From positions 1,504,001 to 1,568,000 of the forward strand of contig CBDBGH010000003.1 in the NCBI GenBank assembly GCA_965205265.1: DNA of 64,000 bases, written 5' to 3'. Position numbers and translations under genes: made by a program. Positions 9,901-19,302 of the stretch are shown piece by piece. The notes under the pieces were generated by a model, which saw only the letters and a list, made by a program, of their open reading frames with translations, was not told where the DNA came from and did not search any database. The stretch's first letter is position 1, and every line of letters starts with the position of its first letter. This stretch comes from Alphaproteobacteria bacterium. Lineage in GTDB: Bacteria > Pseudomonadota > Alphaproteobacteria > Bin95.

Positions 9901-10935
9901 CTACCCCCTTCGCAACCTTGCCGCAAGGCGGTTCCAGGCCTCTGCAAAGGCGTCGATATCCGCTTCCGAGAGGCCCGGTCCGAGGCTGACCCGGATGGCC
10001 TCGCCCGCCGCCGGTTCACCCGTGCCCATCGCCAGCAGCACATGCGAGGCATCCACCTTTCCCGAGGAGCAGGCAGCGCCGGCGCTTACCGCGAATCCCT
10101 CAAGATCGAAGGCCATCACCTGGGTCTCCCCGGAGACGCCGGGCATACCGATACAGCTTGTGTTCCCGAGCCGGGGTCCGTCGCTTCCGTAGATGACAGC
10201 GCCTTCGAGCCGGGCCTCCAGCCGGTCGCGGAGCGCCGTCATGTCGGGGAGCGGATGCGCGACCGCGCCGAAGCCGGCAATGCCGACGACATTTTCCGTG
10301 CCGCCCCGCCGCCGGCGTTCCTGCGCGCCGCGGATCGCGCCGTCGAGCGCGCGCTCCGTGCGCAGCACCAGCGCGCCGACGCCCATCGGCCCGCCGAGCT
10401 TGTGCGCCGAGAGCGCCAGCGAATCCGCCTCGATGGCGGCAAGGTCGAGCCGCCCGGCCGCCTGCACCGCGTCGCAATGCCAGAGCCCGCCGGTCTCCCG
10501 CACCCGCCGTCCGGTTTCCTCAAGAGGATGGATGGCCCCGGTTTCGTTGTTGGCGGCCATCAGCGCGACGGCCGCGCCCGGCGGGATCGATTCGGGGCGA
10601 ATGCGTCCGCCGCCGTCCACGGCGAGGCGCGGACCGGCGATATGGTCGAGCACGGATGCATGCTCGCTCGCCCCCGCCAGCCATTCGCGCCCGGCGAGCG
10701 CGAGCGCGTTCGCCTCGGTGCCGCCGGAGGTGAACACGACCTGCTCCGGCGCCGCGCAGGCAAAGGCCGCGACCCGCGCCCGCGCCTCCTCGACGAGGCG
10801 TCGTGCGGCGCGCCCCTCGCCATGCACGGAGGAAGGGTTGCCGAGCACGGCCATCGCGGCCGCCATGGCCTCCTGCGCAGCCGGAGCCAGCGGCGCGGTG
10901 GCGTTCCAGTCCATGTAAATGCGGCGTTTTGCCAT
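9901..10935 (-). CDS. iscS: cysteine desulfurase (IscS/NifS family)
   Basis: YMDWNAT, GNPSSVH, TSGGTEAN, SAHKLGGP (PLP Lys), SAGAACSSG (catalytic Cys). Confidence 0.88.
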   Translation of the reverse strand: MAKRRIYMDWNATAPLAPAAQEAMAAAMAVLGNPSSVHGEGRAARRLVEEARARVAAFACAAPEQVVFTSGGTEANALALAGREWLAGASEHASVLDHIAGPRLAVDGGGRIRPESIPPGAAVALMAANNETGAIHPLEETGRRVRETGGLWHCDAVQAAGRLDLAAIEADSLALSAHKLGGPMGVGALVLRTERALDGAIRGAQERRRRGGTENVVGIAGFGAVAHPLPDMTALRDRLEARLEGAVIYGSDGPRLGNTSCIGMPGVSGETQVMAFDLEGFAVSAGAACSSGKVDASHVLLAMGTGEPAAGEAIRVSLGPGLSEADIDAFAEAWNRLAARLRRG

Positions 10936-11053
10936 GATGCGGCCTCTTGACGGCCCGAACCGACCGACCCAGTTAGATCGCGCTCATCCGATAAGGAAAG
11001 CCCCTCCGGCGGCAGGCCTGCCGCCCGGACCGAAGGAACGGGATTCCACGCCC

Positions 11054-11704
11054 ATGCCCGACGTTATCGTGAACGGCCCCGAGGGCCGGCTCGAAGCGCG
11101 CTACCATCATGTCGACGACCAGGCGGCCCCGATTGCGCTGATGCTCCACCCGCATCCGCAGCATGGCGGCACGATGCACAACAAGGTGGTTTACAACCTG
11201 TTCCATTGCTTCGTCCGGCGCGGGTTCTCGGTCATGCGCTTCAACTTCCGCGGCGTCGGGCGCTCGCAGGGCGAATACGGGCGCGGAGAAGGCGAACTCG
11301 CCGACGCGGCGGCCATCCTCGACCACATGCAAAGCCTCAGGAAGGACCCCGTCAAGGTCTGGATCGCGGGCTTTTCCTTCGGCGCCTGGATCGGCATGCA
11401 GCTGCTGATGCGCCGGCCGGAGATTTCCGGCTTCATCTCCGTCGCCCCGCCGGCGAACATGTACGACTTCTCCTTCCTGGCGCCCTGCCCGTCCTCGGGC
11501 CTGATCGTCAACGGCACGAAGGACGAGATCGTGACGACCGATTCGGTCGAGAAGCTGGTCGAGAAGCTGCGCACCCAGCGCGGCATCGTCATCGACCACA
11601 AGGTCATCCCCGGCGCCAACCACCTCTTCACCCGGCATCTCGAACAGCTGAACGGCGCGGTCGAGAGCTATCTGGACAAGCGCCTAGCAGCAGACAGCGG
11701 CTGA
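11054..11704 (+). CDS. alpha/beta hydrolase (conserved alphaproteobacterial neighbour of isc genes)
   Basis: HPHPQHGGTM, FNFRGVGRSQG, GFSFG nucleophile elbow. Confidence 0.92.
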   Translation: MPDVIVNGPEGRLEARYHHVDDQAAPIALMLHPHPQHGGTMHNKVVYNLFHCFVRRGFSVMRFNFRGVGRSQGEYGRGEGELADAAAILDHMQSLRKDPVKVWIAGFSFGAWIGMQLLMRRPEISGFISVAPPANMYDFSFLAPCPSSGLIVNGTKDEIVTTDSVEKLVEKLRTQRGIVIDHKVIPGANHLFTRHLEQLNGAVESYLDKRLAADSG

Positions 11705-11855
11705 CCCGGGTTATCCTCCGGCGTCATGAGCCCGGCGGCGCAGGCCGTGACATCGGCGAGACTTCCGCGCTAGGCTCCCTCCCGACGGGAGGCGCGCGGC
11801 CCCGACGGAACGGAGGGCCGCAAGTCCGCAAGCCTCCGTATAAAGGGAGAGAAAA

Positions 11856-12878
11856 ATGAAGAACGGAATCCGGTCGCTATGCAAGGCGGCCCTGCTGGCC
11901 GTTTCCGCCGCCGCGGTCGGCGCGGCGGCCCAGGCCGAAGAGATCAAGCTGCGCTGGGGCCACTACCTGCCGGACAGCGGTTTCGTGCAGGTGGAGAAGA
12001 ACTTCGCCAAGAAGATCGAGGAGCGCACGAACGGCCGTGTGAAGATCGAGATCACCTTCGCCGGCGGCCTCGGCAAGGGGCCGGAAGTGGCCACGCTCGC
12101 AGGCCGCGGCGCCATCGACATGGCGTCGGTTGCGCCGGGCTACTACCCGGACCAGCTGCTGTTCTGGAAAGCCTGCCAGATCCCCTTCGTCTTCGACGAG
12201 CCAAAGGAAGCGATCGAGATCCTCTACAGGTCCTACCAGGAGTTCCCGATCTTCAAGGAGGAGCTCGACAGGATGAACGTCATGTACCTGTTCCAGCAGC
12301 CGCTGGGCTCCTACTACATGACGGGCCCGGATCCGAACTGCGACACCGTCGAGGGGCTGAAGGGCAAGAAGATCCGCAGTTTCGGCGCGGACCTGCCGAA
12401 GATGCACGCCGCCATCGGCGCGGTCCCGGTCACGGTCGCGCCTGTCGAGGTCTATGAAGCACTGCAGCGCGGGACCATCGACTACTCGTTCCTGAATGCC
12501 GGCAATGTCGAGAGCCTGCGCCTCTACGAGCCCGGCAAATACAGCTGCGGCACCGCCATGACGATTGCGGGCCACCTGATCGTCATCGGCAAGGGGAGCT
12601 GGGACAAGCTGCCGGCGGACGTGCAGGAAATTTTCGCCGACCAGGCGAGGAAGAGCCAGCAGGAATATCTCGACTGGCTGGAGACCGGCACGGCCTCGTC
12701 CATCGCCAACATCGAGAAGGCGGGCGGCGTCTTCAAGGAGTTCCCGGCCTCGGAGCTGGCCAAGTGGGTGGCCGCCACACCCGACCTGCTGAAGGGCTGG
12801 GAGGAGAGCATGGCCGAGCGCGGCCTGGGCGACCAGGCGAAGGAAGTCCGCGCGGCCTGGCGCGAGTGGGCGAAGTAG
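11856..12878 (+). CDS. dctP: TRAP transporter substrate-binding protein DctP
   Basis: Signal peptide, ERTNGRVKI, GLKGKKIR, EVYEALQRGTID. Confidence 0.9.
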   Translation: MKNGIRSLCKAALLAVSAAAVGAAAQAEEIKLRWGHYLPDSGFVQVEKNFAKKIEERTNGRVKIEITFAGGLGKGPEVATLAGRGAIDMASVAPGYYPDQLLFWKACQIPFVFDEPKEAIEILYRSYQEFPIFKEELDRMNVMYLFQQPLGSYYMTGPDPNCDTVEGLKGKKIRSFGADLPKMHAAIGAVPVTVAPVEVYEALQRGTIDYSFLNAGNVESLRLYEPGKYSCGTAMTIAGHLIVIGKGSWDKLPADVQEIFADQARKSQQEYLDWLETGTASSIANIEKAGGVFKEFPASELAKWVAATPDLLKGWEESMAERGLGDQAKEVRAAWREWAK

Positions 12879-12919
12879 GGCCCGCAACCGTCCTTCCGCC
12901 TCTTCCGGGGGCAAACGAC

Positions 12920-12951
12920 ACCGCGGCTCCGGCGCATGCCGGGGCCGCGGT
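12920..12951 (+). other. intercistronic stem-loop between dctP and dctQ
   Basis: ACCGCGGCTCCGGC-GCAT-GCCGGGGCCGCGGT, 14-bp stem with one G-U pair. Confidence 0.6.
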
Positions 12952-12978
12952 TGCGCTGCCTGAGGACATCGACCCGAT

Positions 12979-13584
12979 ATGACGATGAACAGGCTCACCC
13001 GCCTGCTGGAACCCGTCGCGCTGGGCATCCTCCTGGTCGGCGGGCTGGGCCTGATCGTCTCGACATTCCTCGGCACCGCCGATGTGGTCGGCACGCAGAT
13101 GTTCGGCGTGCCGGTGCCGGGCGCTACAGAAATCACCGAGAGCACGATGGTGCTCATCGTCTTCGGCGCGCTGACCTACACCCAGATCCGCCGCAGCCAC
13201 ATCCGGGTCGAGCTGCTCTACATGCGGGCCGGGGCCCGCGGACAGGCGGCGATGGACGTGTTCGCGAGCCTGATGGCGCTTCTGTTCTTCTCGCTGCTGC
13301 TCTGGCAGGCGACCAACGAGGCGCTGTTCAGCATCCAGATCGACGAGGCGACATTCGGCCTCGTGCGGATGCCGCTCTGGCCGGCGCGCATCGTGCTCGC
13401 GGCCGGGACGGCGCTGCTCATCCTCCAGCTCCTGCTCGACCTGGCTGCGGACCTCGACCGCCTCATCAGGGGCGGCGAAGCGCTCTCGGTGGACGAGATC
13501 ATCGAACGGGACATCGGCGGTCTCGGCAATATCCCGGCGGCGCCGGACGCGACCGGCTATTTCGACGACGGGGAGGACCGCTAG
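12979..13584 (+). CDS. dctQ: TRAP transporter small permease DctQ
   Basis: 4 TM helices, SHIRVELL motif, position between dctP and dctM. Confidence 0.9.
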   Translation: MTMNRLTRLLEPVALGILLVGGLGLIVSTFLGTADVVGTQMFGVPVPGATEITESTMVLIVFGALTYTQIRRSHIRVELLYMRAGARGQAAMDVFASLMALLFFSLLLWQATNEALFSIQIDEATFGLVRMPLWPARIVLAAGTALLILQLLLDLAADLDRLIRGGEALSVDEIIERDIGGLGNIPAAPDATGYFDDGEDR

Positions 13585-13587
13585 GCC

Positions 13588-14898
13588 GTGCTGGACCCCG
13601 CGACCGTCGGCGTCCTCGTCGCCATTGCGCTCGCCGCGATGCTTGGCGCGGGCGTGCATATCGGCGTGGCGCTCGGGCTTGCCGGCGTCTGGGGCACCTT
13701 CCTCGCCATCGGGCCGGACGCCGCCTGGGCGCAGCTTGCGACCATTCCCTTCAGCACCACGAACTCCTTCACGCTCGCGGTCATTCCGCTGTTCATCCTG
13801 ATGGGCTCGCTGGCGACCCAGGCGGGGCTGACGACGGATCTCTACCGCGCGGCCTACAACTGGCTGGGACGCCTGCCCGGCGGGCTCGCCATGGCAACGA
13901 CGCTCGCCTCGGCCGCCTTCGGCGCGGCGAGCGGCTCCACCGTGGTCAACGCCGCCGTGTTCACCAAGATGGCGCTGCCGCAGATGACCTCCTTCGGCTA
14001 CGACCGGCGCCTCAGCGCCGGCTGCATCGCCGCCTCGGGCACGCTCGCCTCGCTCATTCCGCCGAGCATCCTGATGGTCATCTACGCCATCCTGACCGAG
14101 CAGTCGGTGGCGCTGCTGCTTGTGGCCGGGCTGGTGCCGGGCCTGTTGTCCGCGGCCCTCTATATGGGCGGCATCTACGCCATCGCGAAACGCTTCCCGA
14201 AGCTTGCGCCGCCCTCGGAGATCCGGGTTTCTTGGGCCCGGCGCTGGCGCTCTCTTTACGGCGTGTGGGGCATCGCCTTCCTGTTCCTGCTGGTGATCGG
14301 CGGCATCTATACCGGGTTCTTCGTGCCGACCTATGCCGGCGCCATCGGCGCTTTCGGGGCGTTCCTGATCGTGCTCTTCAAGCGCCGGCTGAACGCCCGC
14401 ACCGCCGTCGATACCTTCAAGGACGCCGGCATCACCACCTCGTCGATCTTCATCATCGTGATCGGCGGCATCGTCTTCGCGCGCTACCTGACCTACACCG
14501 GCATCGTCAACGACATCACCGGCGCATTGCTGGCGCTGGAGCTCGGCAAATACACCTACCTGTTCGCCTTTGCCGCCATCTATCTCGTGCTCGGCATGCT
14601 GATCGACCCCATTGCGATCATGGTCATCACCCTGCCGGTCATGTATCCGATCCTCACCAAGGCCGGCTTCGACCCGATCTGGCTCGGAGTCATCGCGATC
14701 AAGCTCGCGGAGGTCTCGCTAATCACACCGCCCGTGGGCCTCAATGTCTATGTCGTGCGCAGCGCCTCGCCGATTCCGCTGAAGCTGGAGGAAGTCTTTG
14801 CGGGCGTGATGCCCTTCCTCGCCATCGACGTGCTGACGCTGCTGCTGCTGATCGCGATTCCCGAGATCAGCCTCTTCCTGCCGTCGCTGATGCGATGA
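13588..14898 (+). CDS. dctM: TRAP transporter large permease DctM
   Basis: IPLFILMG, FGAASGS, LIPPSI, LITPPVGLN. Confidence 0.93.
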   Translation: MLDPATVGVLVAIALAAMLGAGVHIGVALGLAGVWGTFLAIGPDAAWAQLATIPFSTTNSFTLAVIPLFILMGSLATQAGLTTDLYRAAYNWLGRLPGGLAMATTLASAAFGAASGSTVVNAAVFTKMALPQMTSFGYDRRLSAGCIAASGTLASLIPPSILMVIYAILTEQSVALLLVAGLVPGLLSAALYMGGIYAIAKRFPKLAPPSEIRVSWARRWRSLYGVWGIAFLFLLVIGGIYTGFFVPTYAGAIGAFGAFLIVLFKRRLNARTAVDTFKDAGITTSSIFIIVIGGIVFARYLTYTGIVNDITGALLALELGKYTYLFAFAAIYLVLGMLIDPIAIMVITLPVMYPILTKAGFDPIWLGVIAIKLAEVSLITPPVGLNVYVVRSASPIPLKLEEVFAGVMPFLAIDVLTLLLLIAIPEISLFLPSLMR

Positions 14899-14915
14899 CG
14901 GCCGCCGCCTTCCGG

Positions 14916-15926
14916 TCAATAGGCGCGCTCGACGCAGAAATCGGCGATATCGGCCAGCACCGCACGCACCGGCCCGTCCGGAAAAGGCTCCAGCGCGCGC
15001 TTGGCGTCCTCGGCGCTGGACCGGGCCCGCTCCAGCGTCTCCGACAGGGAATCGTGGCGCCGCATGAGGGCGACGGCCCTGCCGAAATCCTCGACCTGCC
15101 GCCCTTCCCCGCAGAGGACCCGGCGCCAGAAGGCCCGCTCCTCCTCATTGCCCCGGCCGTAGGCGAGAATGACCGGCAGTGTCACCTTGCCCTCGGCGAA
15201 ATCGTCGCCCACGGTCTTGCCCAGCTCGGCCTGCCGGGCGGAATAGTCGAGCACGTCATCGACAAGCTGGAAGGCAATGCCGAGGTTCAGGCCAAAGGCT
15301 TCCAGCGCCTCGGCCTCGGCGCGCGGCCGGTCCGCGATGACGGCGCCGATGCGGCACGCCGCAGCGAAAAGCGCGGCGGTCTTGCCTTCGACAACCTTCA
15401 GGTAGTCGGCAATCCCCGTCTCCGGCCGGCTGACGGTGGCGAGCTGGCGCACCTCGCCCTCGGCGATCGTCGCGGAGGCGTTGGCGAGAATCCCCAGCAC
15501 CTCCAGCGAGCCGGCATCGACCATGAGCTGGAAGGACCGGCTGAACAGGAAGTCCCCGACAAGCACGCTCGCCTGGTTCCCCCAGACGGCATTGGCGGTC
15601 TCCGCGCCGCGCCGCAACATGCTTTCGTCCACGACATCGTCGTGCAGCAGCGTGGCCGTATGGATGAATTCGACACAGGCTGCGAGTTCGACATGGTGCC
15701 GTCCCTCGTAGCCGCAGAGGCGCGCCGACGCCAATGTGAGCATCGGGCGCAGGCGCTTGCCGCCGGATGCGACGATATGGCCGGCCAGTTGCGGGATCAG
15801 CGCGACCTCGTTCTGCATCCGCTCGAGGATCAGCGCGTTGACGCGCGCCATGTCCGCCCCGACGAGCGCGTGCAGCGCGGCCAGCGGCTCTGTCGGTGGC
15901 GGGGATGTCGCCGCTGCTAGTGTCAC
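14916..15926 (-). CDS. ispB: polyprenyl (octa/decaprenyl) diphosphate synthase
   Basis: GGKRLRP, LLHDDVVD (FARM), FQLVDDVLD (SARM); GTG start is approximate. Confidence 0.92.
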   Translation of the reverse strand: MTLAAATSPPPTEPLAALHALVGADMARVNALILERMQNEVALIPQLAGHIVASGGKRLRPMLTLASARLCGYEGRHHVELAACVEFIHTATLLHDDVVDESMLRRGAETANAVWGNQASVLVGDFLFSRSFQLMVDAGSLEVLGILANASATIAEGEVRQLATVSRPETGIADYLKVVEGKTAALFAAACRIGAVIADRPRAEAEALEAFGLNLGIAFQLVDDVLDYSARQAELGKTVGDDFAEGKVTLPVILAYGRGNEEERAFWRRVLCGEGRQVEDFGRAVALMRRHDSLSETLERARSSAEDAKRALEPFPDGPVRAVLADIADFCVERAY

Positions 15927-16006
15927 GGGGATACGATTGACCTTCAGGCGCGGGAGGGGCGAGCATAGGGCGGGCGGGAGGCCGGTCAAGCTTTGGGAAC
16001 TGCGGA

Positions 16007-16225
16007 TTGAAAGCTGTATTGAAAACTACCGATCCGGTTGCGATTTCCTGGCTGGTCGCCGAGCTCTCGGCGCGCGGCGTGGAAGCCGTTGTGCTCGACA
16101 GCCATGCCAGCATCGTCGAGGGCAGCATCGGCATCCTTCCCCGGCGGGTGATGGTGGCCGACAAGGACTATCTCGAAGCGCGCCGCCTGCTCGAATCCGC
16201 GCAACAGGACCTGGGCGGACTGTGA
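16007..16225 (+). CDS. DUF2007 / putative signal-transducing small protein
   Basis: TTDPVAISW...VLDSHASIVEGSIGILPRRVMV; usual position between ispB and the methyltransferase. Confidence 0.8.
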   Translation: MKAVLKTTDPVAISWLVAELSARGVEAVVLDSHASIVEGSIGILPRRVMVADKDYLEARRLLESAQQDLGGL

Positions 16226-16983
16226 ACGAAGCCGTCAGCGAAGACACCCTGCTGGGCGGCAGGGTCCGGCTGCGGCAGTCCGCAAAGGGCTACCGGGTCG
16301 CAATAGACCCCGTGCTGCTGGCTGCGGCGGTGCCCGCCCGGCCGGGAGAGCAGGTGCTGGAAATCGGCGCGGGCACCGGCGCTGCGGCCCTGTGTCTGGC
16401 AAGCCGCGTGGAAGGATGCATCGTCACCGGGCTCGAGCGCGACCGGGAGCTTGCCGGGCTCTGCCGGGAGAATGTCGAGGCGAACGGCTTCGAGCGCACC
16501 GTCGATGTCATGGTCGGCGACCTGCGCGCCCCGCCGGCCCGCCTCGGGCCCGCGAGCTTCGACCATGCGATGGCGAACCCGCCCTGGCTCTCGAAGACGG
16601 CCGGCCCTTCGCCCCGGAACCGGCAGCGCGCGCGGGCGCATGTCGAGCAGGGCGCGGACCTCATGCACTGGGTGCGCTTCGCGGCCACCATGCTGCGGCG
16701 GGGCGGCACGTTGACCACGATCCTGACCGCCGAGCGTCTGGACGAGCACCTTGCCGCCTACACCGCCTCCGGAATCGGGGAGACTGCGGTCGTCCCCCTC
16801 TGGTCGAAGAACGACGGCCGCCCGGCCCACCGCGTCATACTGCGTGGACGCAAGGACATCCGGGCGCCGGTTTCGCTGCTTCCCGGATTCGTCCTGCATG
16901 TCGGAAATGGCAGCTACTCACCTGAAATAGAACAAATATTGCGTAATGGCGGAGCGCTGGACTTTACATGGCGGCGCCGATAG
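16222..16983 (+). CDS. tRNA1(Val) adenine-N6-methyltransferase-like SAM methyltransferase
   Basis: GYRVAIDPVLLAA, EIGAGTG, ANPPW. Confidence 0.85.
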   Translation: MNEAVSEDTLLGGRVRLRQSAKGYRVAIDPVLLAAAVPARPGEQVLEIGAGTGAAALCLASRVEGCIVTGLERDRELAGLCRENVEANGFERTVDVMVGDLRAPPARLGPASFDHAMANPPWLSKTAGPSPRNRQRARAHVEQGADLMHWVRFAATMLRRGGTLTTILTAERLDEHLAAYTASGIGETAVVPLWSKNDGRPAHRVILRGRKDIRAPVSLLPGFVLHVGNGSYSPEIEQILRNGGALDFTWRRR

Positions 16984-17041
16984 TCGAAAGCTCTGCCGCC
17001 CCCTTTCCCAACTCGCAATCCAACACAGGAGAAAGACCCCC

Positions 17042-17401
17042 ATGAGCATCGAACGATTCGACCGCACGAGCCCGCCCGGGCCCATGATGAGCCGCTGCGT
17101 CGTCCGGGGCGACACGGTGTATCTGGCCGGCCTCGTGGCGCGTGACACGAGCGGCGATGTCGAGGCGCAGACCGCGGATATCCTCGAGCAGATCGACGGC
17201 TATCTGGAGCGCGCCGGCACCTCGAAATCCAGCCTGCTGACGGCCAATCTCTGGATCACCGACATGGCCAATTTCGCGGCCATGAACAAGGTCTGGAACG
17301 GTTGGGTCGATCCCGAGAACCCGCCGGCCCGCGCCTGCGTGAAGGCGGATCTGGCGCGGCCCGAGATCCTCGTCGAGATCATGGTGACGGCAGCGCGCTG
17401 A
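17042..17401 (+). CDS. RidA family protein (YoaB-like)
   Basis: VYLAGLV, MNKVWNGW, PPARACV, VEIMVTAA; AGGAG RBS. Confidence 0.92.
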   Translation: MSIERFDRTSPPGPMMSRCVVRGDTVYLAGLVARDTSGDVEAQTADILEQIDGYLERAGTSKSSLLTANLWITDMANFAAMNKVWNGWVDPENPPARACVKADLARPEILVEIMVTAAR

Positions 17402-17428
17402 CGCTGGCGACGAAACGGGAGGCGGCCA

Positions 17429-18397
17429 GTGGCGGAAGCTGCTTCGACCGCCCCCGTCTGGGCCTTGACGACCGGCGAAGCCGGCGCGGCCGGGCAGGCC
17501 GAGGGGCTGGCGGCGGCGGTCGGGCGGCCTTTCGAGGTCAGGACCGTCCGCCTGCGCCGCCCCTGGTCGTGGCTGCCGGCGCACCGGCAGGCGCCGGGCC
17601 TGCTTCAAACCGGACTGGTGGAAAGCCTCGGGCCCCCCTGGCCGGAACTGCTGATTACCTGCGGCCGGCGAAGCGCCTCGGTCTCCATCGCTGTCCGCCG
17701 CGCTTCCGCCGGGCGGTGCTTCACCGTCCATATCCAGAATCCGCGCGTGCCGCTGCGCCATTTCGACTTGGTGGTGCCGCCCCGCCATGACGGCATCGGC
17801 GGCTCCAATGTGCTGGAGACGCGGGTTGCGCTCCACCGCCTGACGCCGGACGCGCTCGCTTCTGCCGGCGAGGCATGGCGGGAGAGGCTCGGCGATCTGA
17901 ATGTCGCCGTGCTGCTCGGCGGCAGAAGCCGCTCCCACCGCTTCACGCCCGAAACCGTGAAGGCGCTGGCGGACGGGCTCGCAGGACTGGAGGGGCCGGT
18001 TGCCGTCACCGCCTCCCGGCGAACGGAGCCGGATGTCGTCGCCGCCCTCAAGGCGCGTTTGCCGGACGCCTGGTTCTGGGACGGGAGCGGCTGCAACCCC
18101 TATCCCGGCATGCTGGCGCTGGCCCGGCATATCGTAGTCACGGAAGACTCGGTCTCCATGACCAGCGAGGCCGTATCGACCGGCAGGCCCGTCTATGCGG
18201 CACGCATGGCGGGCGGCAACCGGCGGCTTGCGCGCTTTCAGGCGGCGCTGAGGGCGGAAGGCGTCGTCCGCCCGTTCCAAGGCCGTCTGGAGGAATGGCG
18301 GTACGAGCCGATCGACGAAACCCCGCGCGTCGCCGCCGAATTGCTCCGGCGCATGGACGCAAGGAATTTGCAGGCGGGGCGATTGCGGGGAGAATAG
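17429..18397 (+). CDS. mitochondrial fission ELM1-family protein
   Basis: PPWPELLITCGRR, HIQNP, FDLVVPPRHD, SRRT, NPY, VTEDSVSMTSEA. Confidence 0.88.
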   Translation: MAEAASTAPVWALTTGEAGAAGQAEGLAAAVGRPFEVRTVRLRRPWSWLPAHRQAPGLLQTGLVESLGPPWPELLITCGRRSASVSIAVRRASAGRCFTVHIQNPRVPLRHFDLVVPPRHDGIGGSNVLETRVALHRLTPDALASAGEAWRERLGDLNVAVLLGGRSRSHRFTPETVKALADGLAGLEGPVAVTASRRTEPDVVAALKARLPDAWFWDGSGCNPYPGMLALARHIVVTEDSVSMTSEAVSTGRPVYAARMAGGNRRLARFQAALRAEGVVRPFQGRLEEWRYEPIDETPRVAAELLRRMDARNLQAGRLRGE

Positions 18398-18423
18398 CAG
18401 CAGATTGTCTCGGGAGGCTTGCG

Positions 18424-19284
18424 ATGACGGCAGACAACCCCGGTTTGGACATTCGTCCGAGCAGCGCGCCGGTCGGGGCCGAAGTGTTCGGCGTGGACCT
18501 GTCGGCGCCGTTGCCCGATGAGGTCTTCGAGGCGTGCGAGGCGGCGTTCGACCGCTACAGCGTGCTGTGCTTCCGGGGCCAGTCGCTGACGCCCGGGGCG
18601 CTGCTCGCCTTCTCCCGCCGGCTCGGGGAGATCAAGGTCAACGCCTTCCACCAGCATGCGCTGGAGGGCTTCCCGGAGGTGCTCAAGGTCTCGAACCTCC
18701 GGGACGGAGAGGGCCGTGCGCTCGGCTATGCCGACGCCGGCAGCCACTGGCACACCGACATGTCCTACACGGCCGAACCGCCGCGCCGGACCCTGCTCTA
18801 CGCGCTGGAAGTCCCGCAGGACGACGCGGGCGAGCCGCTCGGCCCCACGTTCTTCGCCAGCGCCGCGGCGGCCTATGACGCGCTTGACGGGGAAACCCGC
18901 AACCGGATCGAGGGCCTCCAGGCAGTCCACCGCTTCGCCGCCAAGGAACGCGGCGTGAGGAAGCCCGTAGCCGTGACCCGGGCGCAGATCGAGGAGAACC
19001 CGGACGCCCGCCACCCGGTCGCCCGCCCGCACCCGAAAACGGGCCGCAAGGCGCTCTATGTGCGCAAGGGCGAGTGCATCGGCATAGACGGCATGGAGGA
19101 AGGCGAGGCGCTGGCGCTGATCGACCGGCTCTCCGACCTTATCGTCGAGGAGCGCTTCATCTACCGCCACCGCTGGGCTGTCGGCGACCTGCTGATGTGG
19201 GACAACCCGGCCGTCCAGCACATCGCCATCCGCGACTACGAATGGCCCCAGCGCCGCGCCATGTGGCGCACGACCGTGAGATAG
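18424..19284 (+). CDS. TauD/TfdA family Fe(II)/2-oxoglutarate dioxygenase
   Basis: WHTD (HxD), HPVARPHPKTGRKALY, WDNPAVQH...R. Confidence 0.92.
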   Translation: MTADNPGLDIRPSSAPVGAEVFGVDLSAPLPDEVFEACEAAFDRYSVLCFRGQSLTPGALLAFSRRLGEIKVNAFHQHALEGFPEVLKVSNLRDGEGRALGYADAGSHWHTDMSYTAEPPRRTLLYALEVPQDDAGEPLGPTFFASAAAAYDALDGETRNRIEGLQAVHRFAAKERGVRKPVAVTRAQIEENPDARHPVARPHPKTGRKALYVRKGECIGIDGMEEGEALALIDRLSDLIVEERFIYRHRWAVGDLLMWDNPAVQHIAIRDYEWPQRRAMWRTTVR

Positions 19285-19302
19285 CGCTCTTACCGACTCC
19301 CC

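Noticed and set aside
8894-10970. TPP riboswitch for tenA
   Set aside because: No intergenic space before tenA and no THI-box consensus seen upstream of the operon
11770-11850. c-di-GMP-I riboswitch (GCAAGCCTCCG resemblance)
   Set aside because: The GGCAAA/GNRA P2 architecture is absent
12936-15920. 994-aa plus-strand ORF
   Set aside because: Off-frame over dctQM and antisense to ispB; no recognisable domain
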